From: Lama glama
Lineage: Eukaryota
Direction of reading: 5' to 3'
Assembly: GCA_028534125.1 (NCBI GenBank)
Contig: CM052818.1
Coordinates: 28,522,001 to 28,586,000, forward strand
Length of the DNA: 64,000 bases
The first letter of the stretch is position 1; each line of letters opens with the position of its first letter. The notes under the pieces were generated by a model. The model saw only the letters and a list, made by a program, of their open reading frames with translations. It was not told the origin of the DNA and did not search any database. Positions 23,140 through 35,088 of the stretch are shown here, in pieces. The translations under genes were made by a program, and so were the position numbers.

Positions 23140-25510
23140 TCGTATTTACACACAAAAATCAATGAATATAATACACTGTAGTAATAAAGGACAAAATAAC
23201 ATTATCATTTGAATAGATGCAGAGAAAGCATTTGAAAAATCTAAAACCTTTCTGACAAAAGCATTCAACAAAATAAGAATAAAGAAAAAAGAATAAAGAA
23301 AACTCCCTCAATCTGATAAAAGGCACTTACAAAAACCTACAGCCAACATCATACTCAGTGGTGAAAGACTGAATACTTTCCCTCTAAGATCAGAAATAAG
23401 AAAATGAGGTCTACTCTTGCCATTTCTATTCAATATTGTACTTGAGGTTCCAGTTAGGGCAATTAGGCAAAAATGAAATAAGATGTATCTAAATTAAAAA
23501 GGAAGAAGTAAAATTATATTTGTAAATGACATGATCTTATATATAGAAAATTTCAAGAAATCTTCCAAAAAAGTATTCGAACTAATAAACAATTCAGCAT
23601 GGTTGCAAGCGATAAGATCAATATACAGAAATCAGTTATATTTCTATACACACTGGCAATGAAAACAATTCCATTTACAATAGCATCGAAAAGAATAAAA
23701 AAACTTAGGAATAGATTTTTTAAAAAAGCACAAGAGTTATACATTTAAAATTATAAAGCACCACTGAAAGAAATTTTAAAAGATACAAAGAAATAGAAAG
23801 ATACCTTATGATTGTATTATAGTCATTATTAAATTGACTTAAGTTGCTAATACTCCCCATATCAATCAATATATATGTTCAACATAGTTTCTATCAAAAT
23901 CTCAGCTTGCTTTTTTTTACTTTTGTTTTTGCAGAAATTGAAAAACTAATCCTAAAATTCAAAAGGAAATACAAGACTCAGAACAACCAAAATAAAACAA
24001 TCTCAATAGAGAAAAATAGTGAGTACATTCAGTATTTCCTGATTTCAAAACTTACTGTAAGGCACAATAATCAACACAGCATATTACTGACATAAGGATA
24101 GGCTAGGATCCACAGAATAGAATTGAAAGTCCATAAACTAGTTCTAAACTTATGATCAATTGATTTTCAACAAAGAGGCCAAAATAATTCAATGGGAAAT
24201 AACAGATTTTTCAACAAATGGTTCTGAGACAACTGAGTAACCACATGCCAAAAAAAAAAAAAAAATTGGACCCCTTCTTGGAAACATGCACAAAAATTAA
24301 CTCAAAATGTATCAGAGTTAAATGTAAGACCTAAAACTATAAAGTTCTTACAAAAAGACACAGTAGTAAATGAGTTAGGCAATGATTTCTTAGCATAAGC
24401 AATCAAGGAGAAGATTGATATATTATACTTCATCAAAATTAAAAATACTTGTGCTTCAAAAGACACCATCAGCAAAGTGAAAAGACAGTCCACAGACTGG
24501 GAGAAAATATTTTCAGATCATATATCTGATAAATGACTTGTATCTAGGATTTACAAAGAACTCTTACAACTCAACAATAAAAGGATAAATAACCCGATTT
24601 TTAAATGACCAAAAATTTTGAATGGATATTTCTCTGAAGAAGACATATGAATGTCTAATAAGCACATTAAAAATTTTCAACAGTATTAGTCATTAGGGAG
24701 TGTGACTGAAGACCTCAATGTGATACCATTTTACATTTGTAAGAATGTCTACGGTAAACAAGGTAAGCAATGACAAGTATTAGTAAATAAGAAGTGAAAC
24801 TGGAATCCTCAAGCATTGCTAGTGGAAATGAAAAGGTGTTGCAACCACTTTGGAAAGAGTTTGGCTTTTCCTCAAAATGTTGCATATATAATTACCATAT
24901 GACCCAGCAATTCCACTCCTAGGTAGATATCCAAGAGGAATGAAAACATGTACATACAAAAACGTGTACATGAAGTGTTCACAGCAATATTATTCACAAT
25001 AGCTAAAAAGTGGAAACAATCCAAATGCTGATCTATGGATGAAAGGATAAACAGTATATAGCAAATCTACACAAGGGAATATAATTGAACCATAAATAAG
25101 AATTAAGTGCTGCTGTTTAAAAAAAAAAAAGAATTAAGTGCTGTTAATGGCACAACAGGGATAAACCTCAAAATTACTCTGCTAGTAATGAAACTAGTAA
25201 AAGAAACTAGTCCCAAAGAGCACATATTATATGATACTACCTATATGAAACGTCTAGAACAGGCAATTCCATAGAGACAGAATGTAAATTAGTGTTGGCC
25301 TATGACTGGGGAGTAGGGGGACAGAGGAAGAGACGGAGAGTAATTACTAAAAGGTGCAAGGTTTCTTTTATCAGAATGATAAAAATGTTCTAAAATCAGA
25401 ATATACTGATGGTTGTGCAATTCTGTAACTATATTAACCATTTTTGATTATACACTTTAAATGGGTGAACTTTAGAGTATGTAAATTACTTCTCAATTAG
25501 GGTTAAAGAA
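23140..25510 (+). mobile_element. 5'-truncated L1MB7/8-like LINE (decayed ORF2 RT and C-terminal region plus 3' UTR)
   Basis: ATAGATGCAGAGAAAGCATTTGA (IDAEKAF), ATGACATGATCTTATATATAGAAAA (DMILYIE), TTACCATATGACCCAGCAATTCCACTCCTAGGT (LPYDPAIPLLG); many stops and frameshifts. Confidence 0.95.
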
Positions 25511-25680
25511 ATTTAGGGTTTAAATTTAAATCTCACTTTCCCCAGTTAGTACTACTATGTGACCTTGAGTTGTAATCTCTCAGCCACAATTTCCTCATAT
25601 TATAAATTGAAATAGAAATCCCTCTGTTATGTAACTATTAAGAATGTTCAAATAAAAGCATAAAATCTTTGTAAAAACTT
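25510..25680 (+). mobile_element. MIR SINE
   Basis: CTATGTGACCTTGAG..CACAATTTCCTCATATTATAAATTG. Confidence 0.65.
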
Positions 25681-25769
25681 AAAAAAAATTTAAGGTAGCA
25701 AAGTAGAGCACTTTCCTCTCTGTAATCCACCCTGGGTGGAAGACAGATGACATTAAAGAAATAATTACA

Positions 25770-25975
25770 CAATTTACTGATCCCCTATTATGTGCCAGGC
25801 ACTCTGCTAATGCTGGTATTTCTAAAAGGTAAATGGTAAGCAAAGAAGACATAGTTCCTTCCTTCACAGGGTTTACAGTTTAATGGAAGATACAGACATT
25901 TTCTGAATAATGGTAAAAATATAAAATCTCACATTATTAATTCTTCAAGGAAAAGAACAAGAACGTATGGAAGCA
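25770..25975 (-). mobile_element. L2 3' fragment
   Basis: ATTTACTGATCCCCTATTATGTGCCAGGCACTCTGCTAATGCTGG..CCTTCCTTCACAGGGTTTACAGTTTAATGG. Confidence 0.75.
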
Positions 25976-25977
25976 TT

Positions 25978-26427
25978 TGGTGACAAAAATGCACAATATG
26001 AGAGCTGTGAGTTTCGCTTTCATTTGGAGACTTAAGACTACAACCTGGGAGACAGCCTCTCAGATAGCTCTGAGAAACTGCTCAAAGCAGGGAATGGGAA
26101 GAGGTCAGTACATATGGGATTTTGGTTAGAGGATACATGCAGCCAAGCACACATCTCGGTAAAAAGTTACCGCTAGTCACAAGATCAGGTATCTCAGTTA
26201 ATAACTTCAGTGCTCTTTTATGTATGGGAAGATGCAAGAATCTAAAGTTCATTAAAATGTTCCCTGAAATATAACTATATATCTATCTAAGGGCTTGTTA
26301 TGCCTGTTTTCCCAGAGCACAGATCTCATTCCTGATCTTCACCCTGAATTCCTTTCAGGGTGTACTGTAGGTCAGCAACTGCAGTGGCTAATGACTCAAT
26401 CCAGATGGACTGTATCCTTAGCTTGCA
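25978..26427 (-). mobile_element. Artiodactyl-type ERV1 solo LTR (ALTR2-like, tentative)
   Basis: GGGAGACAGCCTCTCAGATAGCTCTGAGAAACTGCTC and TATGTATGGGAAGATGCAAGAATCT are motifs I recall from cetartiodactyl ERV1 LTRs. Confidence 0.7.
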
Positions 26428-28635
26428 GTAAGTGCTGCAAATTAATAACATGGGTCTGAAAGGCTAAATCTTAGCAGGCTGAATCTAGTTTAATGAATTC
26501 ATGTAGTTGAATATAGTATTTCTAAAGGTAAATGTTATCCTTCTTATTTTATACAAGAAAGCCAAAGTCCAAAAAAGTTAAATTATTTGTCTAGATTACT
26601 CAACTGTTGGCAAAACTAGTTTTTAAACATGGTTATATTAGAGTCCAAAGTCGTCTTTTTTTCAGTGTCAAACTGTTAGTCACACACAAAACTGTGGAAT
26701 TTAGACACCTATATACTTGTGTATGTGTATCTGTGTGACTCTCCCATACAATAAAATTAAGAAATAAGAAAACTAGTTGTTTCTTTTATTTTTTTTTAAC
26801 GTGTGAAGAGACAGAGGCACAAAGAAGTTGAAGCAGTACTAATTGATATTTTATTATAACTCTCCCAGAAGAAAGAGTTGGAGTTAAAATTTTTATTACA
26901 TATATTAAATGACTATTCTAAGTTTGTACGAGTAAAATTTCTGTATAGCAATATACCATTACAGATGTAAGGAAGAGAAATGAACTGAATACAAAGATTT
27001 GGCTGGAGCTGTGCAGTCCAAGAATACAAAATATCACTGCAAATCCACTGAATAAATTTCACCTGTAAGGAAATGATTATATAAATAGTCTTTGCTCTAA
27101 ATCTGTAATTATGCCAAGCCATACATTTTCTTAAACCCTCTTCAGATTTGTTTAATTTTTAAAATGTATTCTTTTAAGAATTGCTTCAGGGAGAAATAGC
27201 TAATAAAGGCATTAAAAAGAGATTCTTCATGACATTGCAATTTGTATTGCATGTTTTACAAAATCAGCTATAAAATTTTAAGATGCCACCCAAAAATCTG
27301 AAAAATGTAGTCCTCACAGCAGCTACTGAGATACCAAATTATTAGTTTTCCATGCAGAGGCAGGTAAGATCTTCCCTAGATGATATCACACCAATAAATG
27401 TCTAAGTCCTGACTCCCCAAAGGTAGATTTCAGGCAGTATCAGTAGGAGTATATTGGTTAATCTCCTTTATTTTGAAATTACAGTTGGGAACGATAATTT
27501 ACAATATAGTGAGAAATGCAAACACTCTGAGGTTTTTAAAGTAATGTCAACACCTTAAATTAGACTCAGGAACAAAGTAGTGGCCAGTGCAATCTGGCTT
27601 CCCATGTACTGTGTGATACAACTACTACTGTAAACCTTGTATCACACGCTAAAGAACAAAAAAACAACATGCACAACCCTTCCAAAGAAGTGTAAGGTAA
27701 GTGCAATGAGACAACTAAGCACAATCAACTTCAAACACTTAGAGAAATATAACTTTTAAAAATTAGTAGTCAAGGAGGCATTAATGGAAAAATAGTAGAG
27801 TTATTTAACCAACATTTCAGGCTATAGTAAGCTTAAATACAGTAATTTTAAATTTTCTATAGCAAATTAAAATATTTTTTGCAAGAATGTAGGACATATA
27901 TTATAAATGAACTAGTTATACAAGGTTTCTGTTTCCTCATTTGCCTGGTAGTCTGTTCCCTACATAAGAGAAGTATATAACCCTGATAAAGCAAGTGTTG
28001 ATCTGAAGTCCTTAAACAGAGTATTTTTCCCAGTGAATTTCCAATCTACAGACATTATCCAACAAATTCCATAGAGAGGTTGCTATATATGGTTCCCCTA
28101 GTTTGGAGTTCAAAGCAGTGTCACTCAAAACTAACACATTAAAGACCACAATCTTGACTTCATACTACACAGTTTTTCAATAAACTCAGCTATTTCCCTC
28201 CACTCTCAATATGCCCTCTTTCTTGAGTATATAGTTCTGGCTAAAATTATCAGTGCAGGAGGAAGTCAAGAATGTCATTTCATTGTAGAAATGTTTAGGA
28301 ACTAGGATTAGTGGGAAATTTCCTTTATTTGATTAAGTGTTTTAAAAGAAAACATACTTTTAACCCACATACTTAATAATAAAAGACTGAATATATTTCT
28401 TTTAAAATTGGAACAAAAGAAGGATATCTAATTATATCCCTCTGGGTCAATATTGTGCTAGAAGTACTAGCCAATGAAATAATGAAAGAAAAAGAAATAA
28501 AAGATAACAGATTATAAAGCATGAAATGACAACTGCCCTTATTCACAGATGTCTGACTGCCTTGGTAAAAAATTCCAAAGAGTTTTGAAAAATTACCCTA
28601 GAACTAATAACTGAGTTTACCATGTTTGCAGAATA

Positions 28636-28636
<1 letters not shown>

Positions 28637-28706
<70 letters not shown>
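28637..28706. repeat. Compound microsatellite (TG)28(TA)7
   Basis: Read directly. Confidence 0.97.
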
Positions 28707-28707
<1 letters not shown>

Positions 28708-29230
28708 TTACACACATATTTGCAGTTAATTAGGAATGGAACAGGTATAATTCTAACAAAACATGTGCAGGATCCATTTGATAAAAACTACAAGAAACTA
28801 ATAAAAAATCGGAAATCTAAATAAGGCAAAAGACAGATTTCCATGATCTATGAATTGGAAGACACAATATAGTTAGCATGTTAATTCTCCCCACATTGAT
28901 CTATACATTTAATGTAATTCTGAAAAAAAAAATCCCTGGAGCATTTTGTCAATTTAGTTCTAAAGTTTATATGAACAAGCAATGGAGGTAAAATACAAGT
29001 AATATTGAAAAGAATAAAACTGGAAGAGCCATACTACCTGGTTTTAACATTTATCATAAAGCTTCAGCAATCAAGATAGTGGCACTGGGGAAGAGAGAAG
29101 AACATAGATCAATGAAACAGAATAGAGAGTTCAAAAACTGATCCACACAAATATGATTGATCTTTGATAAACATTCCAAGGTAATTCAATACAGGAAGTG
29201 TAGTTTTTTCAGCAAATGATGTTGATATAC

Positions 29231-29500
29231 AAGAAAGGAAGGAAGGAAGGAAAGAAGGAAGGAAGGGAGAGAGAGAGAAAGAAAGGAAGGAAGAGAGAGA
29301 GAAAGAGAAAGAAAGAGAGAGAAACAGAAAGAAAGAAAGCGAAAGAGAAAGAAAGCAAAAGAGAAAGGAAGAAAAAAAGAGAGAGAAAGAAAAACAGAAA
29401 GAGAGAAAGCAGGAAAGAGAGAGAAAGAGAAAGAAAGGAAAGAGAAAGAAAGAAAGGCATGCTGGCAGACAGAAAGACAGGCAGACCGAAAGAAAAGAAG
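29231..29500. repeat. Purine-rich GA/GAAA/GGAA low-complexity tract
   Basis: About 270 bp of nearly pure A/G on the + strand. Confidence 0.95.
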
Positions 29501-30271
29501 TAAATGTCAACCTACGTTTCACACTTCATAGAAAAGTAAACTCAAAATAGATCATATCTCTACAAGTAAAAGGTAAAACTTTGGGAAAAAATCATAGGAG
29601 AAAACCTGTGTGACCTAAGCTTTGGCAAAAAGTTCTTACATATAACAACAACAAAAAACATCTGTAAAAGCAAAAGTTGATTAATTAAACTTCAAAATGA
29701 AGAGAAACAAATGTTTGCTCTGTGAATGTTTCTAAGAATTAAAAGACAAATTACAGAGTGGGAAAAAAATGCTTACAAATCACATGTTCACAAAGGACTT
29801 CCACATAGCATTTATAAAAGTTTCTCATAACTCAACAGTAAACAACAACAAGAAAAACCAATTTAAAGAAACAAAAGATTTGAACATTTTACCAAAAAAA
29901 AAAAAGACACACAGATGGCAAATAAGTATATTAAAAGATGTTCAGTATCATTAGCCATCAAAAACAGACAAATTAAAACTACAATGAGATTCCCCTACAT
30001 ACCTATTTAGAACAGGAGAAAAAACAACTTGGCAATTTCAAATGCTGACACCAATGCAAGACACTTAGAACGCCCATATATTTCTGACAGAAATGCAAAA
30101 TGGTGCATTTCTTATAAAGATATATATCTCAACATATAAATAAGGCAAAACTATAGGAATGGAGAAAAGATCTGTGAAAACCACAAGTTAGTAATGGGGA
30201 ACATCTGACCATAGAGGGGAAGCTTGAATGAATTTCTGGCAAGATGGAATCGTTCAGGATCCTGACTGTGG

Positions 30272-30757
30272 TGCTGGGGCTCAGTGCAAGCCACCACAAA
30301 ATATGTCACAGTGACACATAGATTATTTTGAATTGACGTTACTTGAGAAGCAGCTGACAGAAGAAGGAAACTCTGACCCTCCTCTGTCCCTTGAAATTAG
30401 TAAATGAATCTTCCACATGAAAATTGCATCTGGAGGTAGAAGGACACCCTTATCACCAGAGAGAGGGAATCTGGGGCCAAGAAATGTGTACAAACAAACA
30501 TCATCACTTCTTCAGTACCCCAATCCTCTGTCTAGATTCTTCATTAAGAGACCAAAATCTAAGTTTCTTTGTCCGGTCAATTCCTCATAAATTTGTTTCT
30601 TTGCCTAAAAGTATAAAAGCTGCCTGCTTTGGCTACTTCTTAGGTCTCATTTCTGTGAGACCTCCATGTGCACAAATTATAATTTGTTTCTTTTCTCCTG
30701 TTAATATGTCTTGTGTCAATTCTGTTATTAGTCCACCCACAAGAACCCTCTCTGACA
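30272..30757 (+). mobile_element. Complete MER34-like ERV1 solo LTR with 4-bp TSD
   Basis: TG...CA ends; TSD GTGG at 30268-30271 and 30758-30761; CACAAAATATGTCACAGTG..GATTATTTTGAATTGA head; AAGTATAAAAGCTG TATA box. Confidence 0.85.
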
Positions 30758-30858
30758 GTGGTAACCAACTATCTGAGTCTACTCAGTCCTTAAACTTATA
30801 GTACTATATACCAATAAAAATAATAATAAAATATTGATGATAACAATAAAGAACTTGT

Positions 30859-30862
<4 letters not shown>

Positions 30863-30894
<32 letters not shown>
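30863..30894. repeat. (CA)16 microsatellite
   Basis: Read directly. Confidence 0.97.
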
Positions 30895-30897
<3 letters not shown>

Positions 30898-31789
30898 AAA
30901 TATTGTATCAACATATACTTGCTTCTTAAAAAGCCAAGAAAAGATTTGTTTCACCCTTTTGTGTTCACCAAATGTTTTCTTTACAAACATGTTTAAATGG
31001 TTTCAAATAAAGGAAAAAAGGAAAATGCCCACTCAGCGCTTCATGGCAGATGCCCAGGATTCTGGCGGCCAAGGAATAAAGAAGCTTTAGCCCCACAGTG
31101 GTGTTGCCCTGAGGCAAAACAACCCTTGCTTTGAACATCATGGCTGAATGCCCTCTATTTCTCTGATGACTTACTTTTATAACATGGTCATTGCTGAATG
31201 CAAAATTGATATTCAGTGGGCTGGAATCCTAGCATCCTCAGGTCCAGAGCATTCTCAGCATCTTTGGTTGAGTCACTCCCTCTAGTCACTGACACACCTG
31301 ACACTATTACTAGTGCAGTCACTGCTCAGAACAAAGTGGTTCCTCTAAGTCAAGTGCAGAGGCTCCCACCTTCAGAGATAAATTCACTCAAGCAAGGCAG
31401 GTATACATTAAACCAGCCATACTTCCAATGGTTAAACTCTTAGGTTCACTTAGACAAGCCAATTCTACCATAAAGGCTAAGGAGGGACAGCAACTAATCT
31501 CAGACACATCAGAGAATTAAAACAAATGTTTCCTTCCTCTGCCAGCCTGATGCAGAGATTAAGCTCTATGATAAATATTCTCTCTAGGTCTTCCTCTTTT
31601 TTGGACATCTGACCATAATCAAAGTTATGTGAACATGTGCATAAGTAGGTAAAAGGGCTTTGCTGAAACGTTCCCCCACAACATTCAAAAATATGTACTG
31701 GTGAATATGTTAGTTCAAATTTTCATTAAATGCCACATTACTAAAGCTTGGATATAAGCCTTGGATCTTTCAAACCACAATTATACCAG

Positions 31790-32060
31790 TAGTAGAGATT
31801 TAGTAATTGGAAATAACTTTATACATCATTACATTTAATTGTCATACAGATATTCCAGAAACAGGGCCATCCATGTTCTGCTTAAATACCTCGTGAATTG
31901 GAAGGTTCACTGTATTATAAGGCTGACTGGTTCACTATGAGTCAGCTTTCAGTTGTCAGCAAGAATTTAACATAATTTATTTTTTCAGATCTGAACACCA
32001 AAATTTATATTTATCTGTGTACATTTTGATTGGTCTTGCCATAGTCTTCTAGCTTACTGA
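31790..32060 (-). mobile_element. L3/CR1 LINE 3' fragment
   Basis: TTCTGCTTAAATACCTCGTGAATTGGAAGGTTCACTG..AAGGCTGACTGGTTCAC..CAGCTTTCAGTTGTCAG resembles the antisense L3 end. Confidence 0.55.
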
Positions 32061-33849
32061 CATTATATGGAATCTTGGTTCCATTATGTATAATATTAAG
32101 TAAACCAAGTCTGTTCCATTGCATAAGGATAAACCTTTTTGTTAAAATAAGTTATAGCAATCATCGGGACAAGAGTCCAGCCTTGGGTATTCTCTCTCCA
32201 AAATCCATATACTAACCACTATGTATGTATTTGTTCTTTTCATGTTTATTGATACCATCATTATTAAGATCAATCATGTCAAATTTTGTAGAAACACTTT
32301 CAAAATACTAATGGGGACCATTTTTTCTCTGCTCTTGGCTCTGTTGGGTATGTGTTTTGGGCCTAAGAGAGACAAGCCTCCTTTCTTTTGTGTCCATTTG
32401 CTGTTCACAGTCATTTTTCCCCTTATATTCTGCCCATGATGAGTAACTGTCACTTGGTACCAAGAATTGCACTAGGTGATGAGATACACATTCTACTGGG
32501 GGAGAGGGACACATCCATGAAAAGTTACAACACAATAACATTAAGTGTTCTAAAAGTGGTGTGAGTTAAGGATTTAATAAGCACAAAGGACAATGAACCC
32601 AACAACTCTGTGAGGGAGAGACCTTCACAAAATGCAGAGTTACTAAAAGAGGACCACATCTTGAGTGAACCTAAACAAAAATTATGGATGACTCCCCACT
32701 AAGTCTGATTTCTCAGGTAGCACTCAAGGTATTCTCACAAACCTTTGCACTAGGCTCTATCTTGGGAGACACTGTAGCCCAGTTTTGAATTTGACTGCTA
32801 CAATGCACTTCTTAGAGAGGTACTCTTCTCTTAAATCACAACTACATTACATACTGGGGAGTTAGCACCTTTAACTGTAACCTTTGAAATTCAACTTAAA
32901 AGAAATGTGGTGGTAATCTCCCAGAACCTTCTTACTTACACTTTATGTCTTGTTGTGCAAGAAGAGTCTTGGTGTTGTCCAGTGTATTTATGAGTAGTGC
33001 CTTGCTTCTCTCTTAAAATGACATGTCTACCTTATTTTTTTTACTACCTTTTGCTGCTATTCCAGTGAAAAGCAGTCTAGGCACCAGAAAACAACAGTCA
33101 CTTACCTTGGACCAATGACGTAATCTACTTGAAGTTATGATGATGATGAGCATGATAAATTAAGTGAAAATGTAGGGTGCATAAAAGGTGATCCACAAAT
33201 GTTTGTTTAATCTAAATAATGTCCTATACAATTAGCATATTTCTAAGGCAATATTTTCAGACAAATGCAAATATGCTTTTACAAATATTTTCTAATACAA
33301 ATGATTACACTTGATTGAGTTATCAATGTTTATGTTTCAGTCTCAGATCCAGGTGTCCTCCTACCCATAGAAAGTAAGAATAGTAAAGTACTTCAGAAGT
33401 ACTTGGAAGTAAAGGAGAGTATCTGGGTCCAAAATGAGCTCACTGTTCCATTACAGATACATCTTAGCTTAAAGGTTCAATGTCCTCACGTCTAATACAA
33501 TAAGCTACGTATTCTTAACTAAGGTATGGAAACTCTCCTCTGGCTGACTGACAAAGTAGTAGAATCGCAGTTCGGAGGTGTCTGGGGTGGGGAGATTTAC
33601 ATATAGCCTAAACTCTGTGTCATCCATGGATCAACCTGTGCCAGCCAGCTCCAGTTCTGGGTGCTAGAGGGAGCCCAACGAACGCATGGTGGCTTTCTGC
33701 GATCTAGCACTCCCAAGTGTTGTCAATGTTGGGCTGGTTAGTTTCTAAGCTTTAAACACCTAAAATGTAGATGCAGAGGTTGTATAAATGAGTATCAGTT
33801 TTTTTTTCAAATAAACAATTCAAGAGGCAGGAAAAATCTGTGTGTTTTT

Positions 33850-34020
33850 CCTAAGATTTAAAACAACAGAAATGTATTCTCTCATAGTTCTGAAGCCTAG
33901 AAGTCCAAAATCAAAGTATCAAGATGCCGTCAGGGCCGAGTTCCCTATGACGGTTACAGGCAAGAATACTCCCTTGCCTCTTGCAGTTTCTGGTGGCCAC
34001 AGGCGTTCCTTGGTTTGTAG
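33850..34020 (-). mobile_element. MLT1C-like MaLR LTR fragment
   Basis: TTAAAACAACAGAAATGTATTCTCTCATAGTTCTGAAGCCTAGAAGTCCAAAATCAA..CTTGCCTCTTGCAGTTTCTGGTGGC. Confidence 0.85.
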
Positions 34021-35088
34021 AATTATTTCTGAGCTTCAGGCATAGAAATGGTAGCTCACTCACAGCTATATCATCGTTTTGCTTAAATCTGAGTAATTTA
34101 TAGAAAGAGTAATGTCTGGTACCTATGAAAATTCAATGCGTCTTTAATAATAAGTGAGAGAAAGAGTTTATTTTTCCCATTAGGTTCTCACATTTGAAAG
34201 AAACAAGTAATAATTAGGAATAAAACATCAAGGATTTAACTTTCGAGTTGCAAGTTAAACAAAGAGAAGTTAAGCAATGTTCAAGATGAAATTTTAATGT
34301 TGACATCAACTGACTCATGATGAATAGTATAAACTGTGAGTAATTGCATGCTATGCTAAATATATTGTTAGGAAAATACTCTATTACATTTTCTGAATAG
34401 TTTCATCTATAATGATGAACTAATTATATTTTAGCATCTAATGATCAGAACTAAATGAGCTACATTCAAAGGCCACAGCTTTCTCATTTCAATATATATC
34501 TTTGATCTTTGTAATAATGTTTTCTTCCACAAATAGGAAGTATCTAAGTATGTTGCTAGGCACTAAAGAAATACTAGGCTTGTTCTCTTTGCAACTGAGC
34601 ATTGTAAGGTTTTAAGAAATAAACAATTTTCATGTAATATTATCTCATTCATTTTGTCCAGATTTTTGTACAACAAGGTTTTTCTTTCTCGTAAGTGCAC
34701 AGTGATATGCTACTGATGTTATACAAAAGTTAAGTCCTTTATTAATGAGACAAATAAATACTGATTATTGAAAGCTTTGGGGCATTTCAACTATTGAGAA
34801 ATGTAAGTCAATATCATTTTAAGAGCTGAATATGCAGATAACTGCTATTAATTTATTTACGTAAAGGTAGCTACATTTTTATATTGAATGATCGGAGGGC
34901 TAATGCAATCTACTTTTGCTACATTGGAGTGCTTTTCTCACCTTCCCCTGTCCATGAGCCTGACTCCCAAATCCACTCCCTTCAAAAACACTGGCCTGGT
35001 TTAGTGAGCAAAATACGTAAGCAAATAGTCATTGTGCTAAATGCCAAGTTCTAGAATAAAGGTATTAGCAAAAGCATGGACATCCTCA

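Larger units (their letters stand above)
28360..30830 (+). mobile_element. 5'-truncated L1MD-like LINE with internal microsatellites and an LTR insertion
   Basis: CAATATTGTGCTAGAAGTACTAGCCAATGAAAT (NIVLEVLA), TTATTCACAGAT, ATAGATCAATGAAACAGAATAGAGAGT; 3' UTR AAGGCAAAACTATAGGAATGGAGAAAAGATC. Confidence 0.9.

Noticed and set aside
23140..25000. Reverse transcriptase motifs as a functional gene
   Set aside because: 5'-truncated L1 ORF2 with many stops and frameshifts and a damaged FADD motif
29109..29522. ORFs rich in K/R/E or F/S/L
   Set aside because: Translations of the GA-rich simple repeat
30424..30801. 125-aa ORF
   Set aside because: Almost entirely within a solo LTR; non-ATG start and no recognisable domain
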